Virus record (IMG/VR): IMGVR_UViG_3300020465_001196
Length of the DNA: 64,000 bases
Source: a virus
Taxonomy: Duplodnaviria > Caudoviricetes
Reading direction: 5' to 3' (one strand)
Under the pieces are notes generated by a model. It saw only the letters and a program-made list of their open reading frames with translations, ran no database searches and had not been told where the DNA came from. The first letter of the stretch is position 1, and every line of letters starts with the position of its first letter. Below, piece after piece: positions 1-9,482 of this stretch. The translations under genes were made by a program, and so were the position numbers.

Positions 1-140
1 GTTTTAGCATCTGTCCTAGAACATGACACACATCGAAAGTTACAATAACTCGTTGGTTCAAATTGAATTAGTTTTACTTCTTCTGGGTCTATATAATATT
101 CTGTCTCGGAAGTTAATGATATCCATTCTTTTGCTAACAT
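1..140 (-). CDS. Hypothetical protein, truncated by the window edge (MLAKEWISLTSETEYYIDPEEVKLIQ...)
   Basis: Hand translation: ATG at 140 reads open to position 1; a TAAATA late-promoter core lies 5 nt upstream. Confidence 0.6.
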   Translation of the reverse strand, partial: MLAKEWISLTSETEYYIDPEEVKLIQFEPTSYCNFRCVSCSRTDAK

Positions 141-158
141 AACAATATTTATTATGTG

Positions 159-602
159 CTAATATGCTATCATTCTTGAAATATGATTTGGTACTTGTGA
201 AGTTGTTGTATCAATTGTTCCTATTTGACTTGTAATAGGTCTATAATGATTTAATAATGTATTTCCTAAATTTGTAAATTTAATTGGATCACTTGTACTT
301 TCAAATAGTTGATCAATAGTTAGATTTAAAGTTTTAATTGAATCAATAACTAATAATGTATATGCTTTTGCTAATTGTTCTGATTCAACTTCTTTTTGAA
401 ATATTCCATATATGTAATCATATTTTGCAGGACTAACTTGTCTTTGTTCACCGCCATAAGTGTTTAATATTTTAGTAGTTAAATCTTGTACTGACAATGT
501 GTTTTCTGAATTAGTTAGTTGATTCATTAAATTACCAAACAATGAAGTAACTTTGGTTTCACCGCCAGTTCTTGCAATCATTTGTGTACTATCTTGTGCC
601 AT
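159..602 (-). CDS. Hypothetical protein, probably virion-associated
   Basis: 147 aa ORF 4 nt downstream of the tube paralogue on the same strand; no family recognised. Confidence 0.6.
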   Translation of the reverse strand: MAQDSTQMIARTGGETKVTSLFGNLMNQLTNSENTLSVQDLTTKILNTYGGEQRQVSPAKYDYIYGIFQKEVESEQLAKAYTLLVIDSIKTLNLTIDQLFESTSDPIKFTNLGNTLLNHYRPITSQIGTIDTTTSQVPNHISRMIAY

Positions 603-606
603 TATA

Positions 607-2337
607 TTATCCTGTTCTTATTGCGTTTCCGTTGCTGTCTTTTACTATTCTACCTTTTGAATCTTTTAATGTTCCTTTTTTAGGTTTAACATAGTTTGCA
701 GAATCTGGATTATATTTTCCACCACTGTTTGGCCAATTAGAAAACATACTACCTGTTGACGTTGAACTTGTACCAAAACTTGATCCAACACTTTTAGCAC
801 CGTTATATACTTTACTTGTAATAGCATTTATTCCATCAGTAATTGGTGTACCGCCCATAATACTTCCAAAGATAGATGAACCACCTTTTGTATTAATAGC
901 ACCAACATCACCTCTTGCATCGTTACCGGCTAAAAAACTTCCTGAGCCAGCCGATGAAGCACTTAAACTATCTTGTATGCCTGTTTCACCTGTCATTTTT
1001 GTCATATACGAATCATCTTTTAATGAACCTTCACCATCATTAGTTACACTACTAAAATCTTCTGTTGCTGGTGTTTCTGGCATCTCTGCAGTTTCAAATA
1101 ATTCATTAAGATCAACATTACTATCTTTAATTTCATCAAATGGATGATTGTATGTTTCATATAAAACTGTTTCATATGCAAACTGCATACCCATTTCAAT
1201 TGGTCCACTTGACTCATATGTAAAATTATCATGATCCATTGCTGTAACTTTTGGATTTACATATCTTATTAAAGTAAATTTTTTACCATGTATTAAATAT
1301 AAATCTAAACTTTTAATTACACCGTCTTTTTGATCATAACCATGAGCAATGTCAACACCATAGTTACTATCTTTTATCCATTGGTCACTTCCAGATACTA
1401 TTGTTCTTTGATATGGAGCGGCAATAGATTCAACATTACCAATACCTTGATATTGCCAACTTTTATTTCTGCCATCTTTCACATGATGTTCATACAAGTA
1501 CTTCCAAAGGTTCATTGCGGCACTATTCATAGTGTCATAAAATCTTACATTAATTGGATCATACTCTACACGTCTATATACGTTTCTTTTTCTATTATAT
1601 TGATTAAGTACATCCATTGCCATAGTTACTTTTGGACCATCAATTGATTTAATATTCCATATTAAACTTTTTTTCAAATCTCCAATAACTTTATTTCTTG
1701 AAATTCTTTCACCTTCTTTGTATGCATCTGATGATGTATCATTCATTGCAAACCCGGCATCTGCACCGTTATATTGATCTGGTGCCATGTTTCTTTCTAC
1801 TTGAGCATCAATTTGATTTTCAAAAACTTGATTAAATGCATCATCAGAATGAAATCTAAATGTTGCAACGTATTGAAACTTTTGTCTAGGTAACCCAGAC
1901 ATAAATGCTGTTGGTGTTGCTTTTAATGAATAGTTTTCTTGAGCTCTTGATGGACCTCTTAATGTAGGATCAACTTCGTCTGCTACTGCTCTACCTTCGC
2001 CTGGTGTTTTATCACCTTGACCTTGTACAGCACCATCAGTTGCTTCTCCTTCAGCATTTTCACCAAGTGACGCAATTGCGTCCTCGTTTTGCTGTTCCAT
2101 TGTTTTTGCTAAAGATTCATCGCCGCCTGCTCTTACGGCATTAATTTCTGCTTCAGTGAATACAGATTGATTTGTATCCATTGAAGAAAAATATTTTTTC
2201 TGTTCTGGAGTTAATATGTCAGCACCTGAGGTTGAATTGTTTTTTGATACTTTAGCGGCATCAGACGAGCCAGTTTTAATTAAATTACCACTACTGTCTC
2301 TTATTGGTTTACCACTACTATCAACTACGTTACCCAT
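607..2337 (-). CDS. Tail-tube-fold protein (gp19 paralogue, gp54/gp48-like tube initiator) with long low-complexity extensions
   Basis: Central region KFQYVATF...IKSIDGPKVTMAMDVLNQYNRKRNVYRRVEYDPINVRFYD resembles the gp19/gp54 family; directly downstream of the tube gene. Confidence 0.65.
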   Translation of the reverse strand: MGNVVDSSGKPIRDSSGNLIKTGSSDAAKVSKNNSTSGADILTPEQKKYFSSMDTNQSVFTEAEINAVRAGGDESLAKTMEQQNEDAIASLGENAEGEATDGAVQGQGDKTPGEGRAVADEVDPTLRGPSRAQENYSLKATPTAFMSGLPRQKFQYVATFRFHSDDAFNQVFENQIDAQVERNMAPDQYNGADAGFAMNDTSSDAYKEGERISRNKVIGDLKKSLIWNIKSIDGPKVTMAMDVLNQYNRKRNVYRRVEYDPINVRFYDTMNSAAMNLWKYLYEHHVKDGRNKSWQYQGIGNVESIAAPYQRTIVSGSDQWIKDSNYGVDIAHGYDQKDGVIKSLDLYLIHGKKFTLIRYVNPKVTAMDHDNFTYESSGPIEMGMQFAYETVLYETYNHPFDEIKDSNVDLNELFETAEMPETPATEDFSSVTNDGEGSLKDDSYMTKMTGETGIQDSLSASSAGSGSFLAGNDARGDVGAINTKGGSSIFGSIMGGTPITDGINAITSKVYNGAKSVGSSFGTSSTSTGSMFSNWPNSGGKYNPDSANYVKPKKGTLKDSKGRIVKDSNGNAIRTG

Positions 2338-2339
2338 AA

Positions 2340-2429
2340 TTAAACCCCTTGCTCTAAATGAACAAAGGAAGCTGACGAATTACTGTTGATAGTACTCGTA
2401 GCTTCCATTGTTTGACATATCTCTGCCAT
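2340..2429 (-). CDS. Putative 29 aa small protein (MAEICQTMEATSTINSNSSASFVHLEQGV)
   Basis: Hand translation; strong GAGGAGAG Shine-Dalgarno upstream; fills the gap between two tube genes; overlaps a long hairpin. Confidence 0.4.
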   Translation of the reverse strand: MAEICQTMEATSTINSNSSASFVHLEQGV

Positions 2430-2459
2430 GTGACTCTCCTCTATACAAAAGTTAAACTA

Positions 2460-3059
2460 TTAAAGATTTGTCTGTCCAGGGAATGATAGTGGGAATTGTG
2501 GGAATATCTCACTTCCACCAGCACCTTTATGGATAGCATTGTCATATCTCATAGTCATAATAACTTGTACAGGTTCAGATACTGCGTAATCGCCATCTGA
2601 GTAGTCAACGTTTTGTAAGAAACAACCTTCTAAATCCCATTGCTCTAGTTCAGCATCATTAGTACCATCTAAAATCTCAACTTTAGAAGTAAACTTGTAT
2701 TGACCGCCACTAACTGGACCAGTTTGTTCAAAGTGATTCATTTGCTTTTGAACTTGCTGACCAACTAATCTTGAAATACTGTTGTTGATGTCATCCCTAA
2801 TTGTAATAGTGATTGGTTCCCAAGTGTGTTTACCCATTAGGTATGCTACTGAGTTATACACGTGGATAGGCACTTCTTCATGTGTTACTTTTGGTCTTGT
2901 AATGTTCATTACCTGTTGAGTTAAATCAATAGGATTAGCACCAAGGTTACCAAAGCCTGTAAAACGTACTCTAAAACGATATTTAAGTTTAGGTTGTAAA
3001 ATACCACCTCTACCTGTAGCACCGTCTATTGGAACGCCAAATTTATTTAATGTAGCCAT
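2460..3059 (-). CDS. gp19: Tail tube protein
   Basis: PKLKYRFRV, RPKVTHEE, GKHTWEPITITIRDD, WDLEGCF and DYS motifs of the T4 gp19 family; follows the sheath gene. Confidence 0.92.
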   Translation of the reverse strand: MATLNKFGVPIDGATGRGGILQPKLKYRFRVRFTGFGNLGANPIDLTQQVMNITRPKVTHEEVPIHVYNSVAYLMGKHTWEPITITIRDDINNSISRLVGQQVQKQMNHFEQTGPVSGGQYKFTSKVEILDGTNDAELEQWDLEGCFLQNVDYSDGDYAVSEPVQVIMTMRYDNAIHKGAGGSEIFPQFPLSFPGQTNL

Positions 3060-3148
3060 TGTAATCTCTCCTTACAAACTAAATTGTATTACAAGTATTT
3101 ATGCGATTATAGAAAAATTTGTGAAAAAGTTTGGCTTTAAAGGGTAAA

Positions 3149-3182
3149 AAAAAGGCTACTATATCTCTATAGTAGCCTTTTT
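3149..3182 (-). terminator. Rho-independent terminator after the tail sheath gene (potentially bidirectional)
   Basis: AAAAAGGCTACTATA-TCTC-TATAGTAGCCTTTTT perfect inverted repeat with A/T tails. Confidence 0.85.
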
Positions 3183-3198
3183 ATGTGTATTTTAACTA

Positions 3199-6195
3199 TT
3201 AACTGTAGCTTAAAGATTCACCTGTGTTCTTTATTCTAACCGGAATGTATATAAATTCAGCCGCTTTTGCTGGTTGAATTGCTACATCTACCCACAATTG
3301 ATTTGCATCAATACGTGTTGCTGTGTTGTTAGTATCATCACAAACAACTAAGAAGTCATATAATGCTCTCTTAGAAGATAAGTCAGATAAGAATCTTTCA
3401 AAAGTATCAGTTACTTGATCTCTTGTCATTCTGTCATTTAATTCAAACAAGAATGGTTTAGCCAATGCATCAAATTGATATCTTAAGTAACAAATTAATC
3501 TTGCTACGTTAACTCTATCTAATGCTGAAGCTGTGTTATGTAATGTTTTTTGACCAAACACTACTAAACCTCTATTTGGCATATAAGCAATTGGATTAAC
3601 TTTTGCTGTGTATAGTGAGTCTCTTGATCCTGAGCTTAATACAACTGAATTATATTCACCTGTGCTTGAATCAATGTAACCAACTGATGTTGCATTTGAT
3701 ACTGTACCTCTTTGATAACCTGCTGGAGCAAACCATTGGTATGCCGCTTGGTCATTGTAAGCGATAGTTCTTAATGCAATATGCGAAGCTGGAACAACAA
3801 CGTTGTTACCACCTAAGTCAGTTGTTAGTGCTGATGGATAGTAAACAGCTGAATATGTTGATGCTGATACTAAACCGTCTTCACCGTTTTCAGTTGCGTT
3901 AGCTGAGTTAGACATCCAGTTAGATACTTCTGATGCTGATTTTAATCTAAACGGAGCGTCAAGAATAATAAATGCTGTTTCTTTTTTCGCTGTGTTTAGT
4001 GCAATCGCTTCATCATAAGTTTCTGGATAACCAGGACAAGCAATCAAGTTAAAGTTTCTTGATTCTGCTCTAATTTCATCATTTGAGCTAAATGCACTTT
4101 GAAGTGATGTTACTACAACTTTTCTTTGTGCTTTTCTACCCATGTATGCTGAGCCATCTGCTTTCATTCCTGATGCGTTAACCCAAGTTGCTCCCATTGC
4201 CGTACCGTTAGGTGCAGTATAGGCGCTGTGATATTTTTTAACATTGTAACCACTAATTCTAGTGTTGAACAATAACATACCACTTGGATAAGCCGCTGGA
4301 TCTGGTCTATCAGCATCAAAAGATGCGTATGCTGAACCCCAACCCACTGCCGCGTCTGTTGTACCAGCTGGATTACCAACTGCGTCTGCAAAAACAATAC
4401 CTGATGCTGAAGATTGATCAGTGTTATCTACTAATACGTATTTCGTACCATTGTGCTTGTAAATTTTTGGATATGCTTCTAATTCATTTGAATCAATCCA
4501 AATATCACCTGATGCCAACGCTGTGCCATCTGCCGCCTTAGTAGGCTCTGTAGATACCATTTGCAAGTCCTTGATGCCGCCAGAAGCAACTGAACCTGTT
4601 GTAAATGCATTCTTACTGTTCGCGTATGCGTGCCATTTCATTGTACCACCGTCATTTACAGCAACATAAATGTCCGCTGAAATGTTAGTGTCGTACCAAT
4701 GTGTGCCATCTGTAGCCGTTTGTGTTGGCGCTGATGCACTTGCTTCATATGATAAATTTGCCCATAAAGACGTCATGTACCATGAAGTTGCACCTGATGA
4801 CATATTGTCTGTAAAGCCTAAGTTAGCAGTAGTTGTTGCCGCTTTGTTAGAACCTGATGCTGAAGAATCTTCAACCCAAATTGCTTTACCGTTTGTTCTA
4901 GTTAATCTTAAAAATTGTTTACTTCCTGTAGAGTTATCAATAGATGCAACTACTTTTAATCCTGCCAATGTAGCATTATTATTAATGCCTGCTACTATTT
5001 CTGCAAGAGTAACTCTTGTACCTGCCGAACCCGCTGTTGCGATTTCAACTTCAGTTCCACAAATTTTCACTTTAACGTGTGTGTCAGTACCAGCTAATGT
5101 ATAATCATTAGTTGTACCTGCGAAGTCTTTAGTACCAGTTGTTACTGTTGAAGTACCTGTTGCTCTTTTTCTAATTGTCCATTGTATCTCTGGAGTAGTA
5201 TTGTTTGCTTTTTGTGATAATGCTGTTGAACCAATATCTGTTTTATCCCAGTTTTGGTCGTCTTCATCATCAAAAAGTGTGAATAAACTTCCTGCCGCTG
5301 TTGTTGAACCAATTGCGTTATCATCATCTGAGTGTAGTGGTGATGATAATGTTGACCAAGTTGATGTTGAACCTGTCCAATATTTAACAACAATGTTTGC
5401 TCCTGAACCAACCGCTGTTGATTTTAACCAAACTGAACCTGCCGCTCCAGCCGTAGGTGCGTCACCTGTGCCTGGTTGGATGTGAGTAGAAACTGCACCT
5501 GTTTTTGCTGATGCCCAATCTCCTCCTGGATCAGTTGATGTTGAACCAATTTGATACCAAACACCGCTAATTTTTTCAAATGCTCTAGCTGGTGTAGTTG
5601 AAGCTACAACAACGTAATCGCCGTTTGCTCCGTATGTTGCTTTTGGATAACCATCTGTGCCAACATTTGATGTTGCTGATGCACTTGGTGTATCTAATAA
5701 TACTGCTGGTGTAATTTTAGACCAACTAGTGTTGTTAGCACCTGCTGATTTGTACATACCCCAATCAGTTGAAGTTATATCTAACCAATATGTACCGTCT
5801 GCTGGGTTAGATGTTGGTACTGATGTTGAACCTGTAAGTCCTGCTAGATCAACTCCAGCTCTTACTACGTAGGCTCTGTTTGCAATACCTAAGTAACTGT
5901 ATGCGGCTAATAAGCCGTATTCATTTCTTTCATCACCTGGTAGCATTGTAGCCCCAGCTGAATAAAAATTCGGTGTACCAAAGGTAGATATCAATTCTCT
6001 TTGTGAACCAATTAAATATGGTTTTCCAACGTTTGCTGTTGTAGTACCTGCCGCTGTGCCATTTGTAGTACTTGGATCTGCTTTATCTTGTGCAGTCGCA
6101 ACTACAAATAGAGGGATAGTACCTGTTCCAGCACCGGCGTAAAACGATTCATCGGTTACAGAAACTGATATACCTGGTGAAACTAAATCTGGCAT
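3199..6195 (-). CDS. gp18: Tail sheath protein, enlarged (998 aa) by inserted domains
   Basis: N-terminal LVSPGISVSVTDES; C-terminal WFAPAG.QRG, VNPI, FGQKTL, ALDRVNVARL, LFELND, AEFIYIPV. Confidence 0.95.
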   Translation of the reverse strand: MPDLVSPGISVSVTDESFYAGAGTGTIPLFVVATAQDKADPSTTNGTAAGTTTANVGKPYLIGSQRELISTFGTPNFYSAGATMLPGDERNEYGLLAAYSYLGIANRAYVVRAGVDLAGLTGSTSVPTSNPADGTYWLDITSTDWGMYKSAGANNTSWSKITPAVLLDTPSASATSNVGTDGYPKATYGANGDYVVVASTTPARAFEKISGVWYQIGSTSTDPGGDWASAKTGAVSTHIQPGTGDAPTAGAAGSVWLKSTAVGSGANIVVKYWTGSTSTWSTLSSPLHSDDDNAIGSTTAAGSLFTLFDDEDDQNWDKTDIGSTALSQKANNTTPEIQWTIRKRATGTSTVTTGTKDFAGTTNDYTLAGTDTHVKVKICGTEVEIATAGSAGTRVTLAEIVAGINNNATLAGLKVVASIDNSTGSKQFLRLTRTNGKAIWVEDSSASGSNKAATTTANLGFTDNMSSGATSWYMTSLWANLSYEASASAPTQTATDGTHWYDTNISADIYVAVNDGGTMKWHAYANSKNAFTTGSVASGGIKDLQMVSTEPTKAADGTALASGDIWIDSNELEAYPKIYKHNGTKYVLVDNTDQSSASGIVFADAVGNPAGTTDAAVGWGSAYASFDADRPDPAAYPSGMLLFNTRISGYNVKKYHSAYTAPNGTAMGATWVNASGMKADGSAYMGRKAQRKVVVTSLQSAFSSNDEIRAESRNFNLIACPGYPETYDEAIALNTAKKETAFIILDAPFRLKSASEVSNWMSNSANATENGEDGLVSASTYSAVYYPSALTTDLGGNNVVVPASHIALRTIAYNDQAAYQWFAPAGYQRGTVSNATSVGYIDSSTGEYNSVVLSSGSRDSLYTAKVNPIAYMPNRGLVVFGQKTLHNTASALDRVNVARLICYLRYQFDALAKPFLFELNDRMTRDQVTDTFERFLSDLSSKRALYDFLVVCDDTNNTATRIDANQLWVDVAIQPAKAAEFIYIPVRIKNTGESLSYS

Positions 6196-6332
6196 AATAA
6201 TCTCTCCTTAAATTCTTTTCAATATAGTATTGAATTGCCTGTATTCTATATACAATATTTATGTGATGATGGCCTAAAACCGCTGGTTTATACACCAATA
6301 AAATTCCCTTTAAAAGGGCAGTAAATACATAT

Positions 6333-6689
6333 ATGACAGATAATAGACCATTATGTAGTAAGTGTAAGTCTAAACCAGCCGCCTTTAACTATAAAAAAGG
6401 CGATAAGACGTATTATAGAAAAATGTGCGACAAGTGTATACGTTTAGGTAAAGGTAAAGGCATTGGTGGAACTTCTTCTTGGCAGGCTAGTGGTTATAAG
6501 AAAAAAATTATATGTGAAAAATGTGGCTTTCACGCCAAGCATACAGCACAATTAGATGTATATCATTTAGATGGTGATTTACGTAATAGTAATTGGAATA
6601 ACTTAAAAACTATATGTGCTAACTGTCAACGTATTATGTCAATAGAACAATTTAAATGGCGCCAAGGTGATTTAATGCCAGACAATTAA
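6333..6689 (+). CDS. HNH endonuclease with Zn-finger CxxC motifs
   Basis: Four CxxC pairs; LDVYHLDGD..N...NNLKTICANCQR HNH signature. Confidence 0.8.
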   Translation: MTDNRPLCSKCKSKPAAFNYKKGDKTYYRKMCDKCIRLGKGKGIGGTSSWQASGYKKKIICEKCGFHAKHTAQLDVYHLDGDLRNSNWNNLKTICANCQRIMSIEQFKWRQGDLMPDN

Positions 6690-7354
6690 AATTGTGTGGC
6701 TTGTTTTTGTCTTTTTGCACCAGTAACATTTTTTAATACTTTCATTACACTACTTACTTTGTCATGCAATTGCTCTAATGTACCATCATTAGTTACTATA
6801 AAATCTACAGGTGCACCTGTATGGTCCCATTCAGATTTGTGTACACCAATATCAGCCAATTGCTGTTCTGCAAAATCATCGCCTTGTTGAGCTTCTTCTG
6901 CCAATGTTGTCCAATGTGGATCTGGACCACGTTTTACACGTATTGTAAATCCACCTAAGTTTTTAATAAATTGTATTTCGTTTCTAAATCTACAATCAGT
7001 AACAATAGTTAATTTTTTACCACCTGATATGTATCTATTTTCTAAACTGTTTAACCAAATTTCATGATGGAAATGCTCTCTAAATAGCTCTGTACCTACT
7101 ATTTGTAGTGCTAGTCTTGGTGTAAAATTTTTAATATTTAATTTAGATTGCCACCATTGATCTACACACTCTCTAAAGTGTCTACTATGATCAGTATCGC
7201 CTTCAAGTGTTTTTCTAGGCCAATTAAATATTTGTGCCGTTGCATCTTTTAATGGTGCCGCAAATGAATCCGGATTAAAATTATGTGTTTCTGTTAGTAT
7301 ATTAGCAACTGTATTTTTACCACTACCTATCCAACCTACTAATCCAACAATCAT
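6686..7354 (-). CDS. gp1: Deoxynucleoside monophosphate kinase
   Basis: IVGLVGWIGSGKNT P-loop, FAAPLKD, R..LQ.VGTE..R, VTDCRFRNE, HKSE motifs. Confidence 0.92.
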   Translation of the reverse strand: MIVGLVGWIGSGKNTVANILTETHNFNPDSFAAPLKDATAQIFNWPRKTLEGDTDHSRHFRECVDQWWQSKLNIKNFTPRLALQIVGTELFREHFHHEIWLNSLENRYISGGKKLTIVTDCRFRNEIQFIKNLGGFTIRVKRGPDPHWTTLAEEAQQGDDFAEQQLADIGVHKSEWDHTGAPVDFIVTNDGTLEQLHDKVSSVMKVLKNVTGAKRQKQATQF

Positions 7355-7355
7355 T

Positions 7356-7616
7356 TTACCACCTTAATTTTAACTGTGTTGCAATGTCTTCACCTTTAAC
7401 TTTTACAGTTAATTCATCACAACCTGCATCTTCCCAAAGCCAATCTTTTTCATACTTGTAACCAAGCATACCCATATAATTTGCAACTCTGGCTACTGCA
7501 TCAACTTCTCTGTAGTTGGCATTAAGAGCTCCGCCTTCGACACTGGTCCCTGTTGACTGCCCTATGTATTCATCTCTTTTGGAAATTTTATCTATATCTA
7601 AAGTAACTTCAATCAT
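7356..7616 (-). CDS. Hypothetical protein
   Basis: 86 aa ORF immediately downstream of a sigma70-type promoter; appears co-transcribed with the kinase. Confidence 0.65.
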   Translation of the reverse strand: MIEVTLDIDKISKRDEYIGQSTGTSVEGGALNANYREVDAVARVANYMGMLGYKYEKDWLWEDAGCDELTVKVKGEDIATQLKLRW

Positions 7617-7622
7617 GTTACT

Positions 7623-7651
7623 ATAGTATCATATTATAATGGATTTGTCAA
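7623..7651 (-). promoter_or_regulatory. Sigma70-type early promoter TTGACA-N17-TACTAT
   Basis: Near-consensus -35/-10 with 17 nt spacer; ATG lies 6 nt after the -10, implying a leaderless transcript. Confidence 0.75.
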
Positions 7652-7657
7652 TTGGAA

Positions 7658-8407
7658 TTATCCAATTAAAAATGTAATAGGATCGCCACCATCTGAATAT
7701 TTCTGAATTTCATCTTCTAATCTATCCATTGTAGCCTGTGCTTCTGCTTTTAAATCAGCACCATTTAACGTAACACCACCTTGTGCACCAGGTAATGACC
7801 CAAACTTACTTCTGGCCTCACCCAACATCATTTTACATTGTGCAAGTGCATAATCACGTAACCATGGCTTTGCATATGGATCTTTAAGTAAAGTTTCATC
7901 TGTTCTAACCATATAAACTTGTAGTAATAATGTTTCTGAATGTCTTGGCCTTCTTACAATTGTTAATTTTTTAGTAACAGTATCCCAAGTAAAATTAATT
8001 TTATTACCAAACAATCTACCTACAGTTTCTTGGTATTGACTAAATGCTTCCCAAGTAGTTAATCCACCAATTCTACCTGCTTGTAAAAAATACAAGTTAG
8101 TATATGCTAGTTCAAATGGGTCAACATCAATACCTGATTGATTATCAGATCCTAAAGCACGTCTAAATGTTTCTCTAACTTCTATTACTTCGTTTGGTAG
8201 TGTATACTCATTGATGTCTTCAATCATAGATAAAAATAGTGTAGACTCTTCATTTGCATTTGACGATCTTTGTCTAAATCTGTCTACTGCTAGATCTACT
8301 GCTGTTTCATAGTGTTTTGGATCAAGTTCAACGTCAACCATTCCATCACCCAAAATATTACGAATTTCATCGATAACTTTTGATCTGTTACTTTTGTCTT
8401 TAGCCAT
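7658..8407 (-). CDS. gp13: Neck protein (head-tail adaptor)
   Basis: LGDGMVDVELD..HY, W..DYALA.CK..LGEARSKF...PG..GGVTLNG motifs of the gp13 family. Confidence 0.88.
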   Translation of the reverse strand: MAKDKSNRSKVIDEIRNILGDGMVDVELDPKHYETAVDLAVDRFRQRSSNANEESTLFLSMIEDINEYTLPNEVIEVRETFRRALGSDNQSGIDVDPFELAYTNLYFLQAGRIGGLTTWEAFSQYQETVGRLFGNKINFTWDTVTKKLTIVRRPRHSETLLLQVYMVRTDETLLKDPYAKPWLRDYALAQCKMMLGEARSKFGSLPGAQGGVTLNGADLKAEAQATMDRLEDEIQKYSDGGDPITFLIG

Positions 8408-8437
8408 TTTATATATCCTATATATGTATTTATTGTT

Positions 8438-9388
8438 TTAGTTAAAAACACGGACCAGTATAGTTTCGCTATTTAAACGTCCTGTAAGCTTCACATCTGT
8501 TGCTTTAATCGAATTAAGTGTGTTTTTAAATGCTTGTATACCACCTGTATGCACACGTTCTAACACTTCAAGTGGCTTACGAAGTGTTTTTTGTATTGAT
8601 GTATCTGTATCATAATTAATTATAGATGTACCTTTTAACGTTAATCCATGGTGTTTATGTGTTGCTTCATATATTCCTAATTTTCTAGTTTTACTATTGT
8701 ACACTACTAATCCATGGGCTCCTATTATCTCTACTGGGCTAATTGACGTTAGTTTTACATCATCATCTTTTAATTTATATTTTACTTTTTTAGCTAATTT
8801 TTCTTTTGATGGTGGTTTATATTTTCTTGGCTTTCGTGATTTTAATTTATTAATTTTCCATATTTCACAATCTTTAACAACTCTCTCCCACCAAGCAATA
8901 TGTGTTTGCATTTCTTTTTTAGTATATGAGTCAAAACTTTCTACATAATCTTCTTGTAATTCTGTACGTTCATTTCTTGGTATTTCCCTATATTCTAACC
9001 CTTTACGTTCTTCATCTAATACAACATTAATATCTTCTATAATCATTTTCATAAAAGCACCAGGAATATCATTTACAGCAAAATAATCATATGCTTTAAA
9101 CTTTTTTGGATTACCATTATCTGCCCATACTTTTTCAAATTCATCATGAATATCACCCATTATAACAAAAAATCGTGTACGCATACGATCTTGTATTGAT
9201 GGCTTTTTAGGTTTTTCTTCAACTGGTTCTGCTTCTTTAACAACTTGTACTTCTTCTTGTTTTGGCTCTTCTTTTACTTCTATTTTAGCTTCAACAGATT
9301 TAGATTCAGCTTTATCGCTATTACTTTGTCGCTTTAAAAACTCAGGAATGTCTAATAAGTCTTGATTTGTCAATTTTTTCTTCTCCAT
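8438..9388 (-). CDS. Conserved T4-like phage hypothetical protein
   Basis: C-terminal SISPVEIIGAHGLVVYNSKTRKLG.Y...GLTLKGTSI..YD...QKTLRKP pattern recalled from marine T4-like phages; function unknown. Confidence 0.7.
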   Translation of the reverse strand: MEKKKLTNQDLLDIPEFLKRQSNSDKAESKSVEAKIEVKEEPKQEEVQVVKEAEPVEEKPKKPSIQDRMRTRFFVIMGDIHDEFEKVWADNGNPKKFKAYDYFAVNDIPGAFMKMIIEDINVVLDEERKGLEYREIPRNERTELQEDYVESFDSYTKKEMQTHIAWWERVVKDCEIWKINKLKSRKPRKYKPPSKEKLAKKVKYKLKDDDVKLTSISPVEIIGAHGLVVYNSKTRKLGIYEATHKHHGLTLKGTSIINYDTDTSIQKTLRKPLEVLERVHTGGIQAFKNTLNSIKATDVKLTGRLNSETILVRVFN

Positions 9389-9405
9389 ACAGCTATATAT
9401 ACACG

Positions 9406-9433
9406 ATTATACATAATTAGCTTGTTTTGTCAA
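9406..9433 (-). promoter_or_regulatory. Sigma70-type promoter TTGACA-N16-TATAAT
   Basis: Consensus hexamers upstream of the 8438..9388 gene. Confidence 0.7.
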
Positions 9434-9482
9434 CCAACTATAGTTTTTAAACAAATAAATACTAATGTAAAAGGATACTAAT

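Noticed and set aside
2340-2429. Selenocysteine/SECIS interpretation of the hairpin
   Set aside because: No in-frame TGA in the small ORF or at the end of the adjacent genes.
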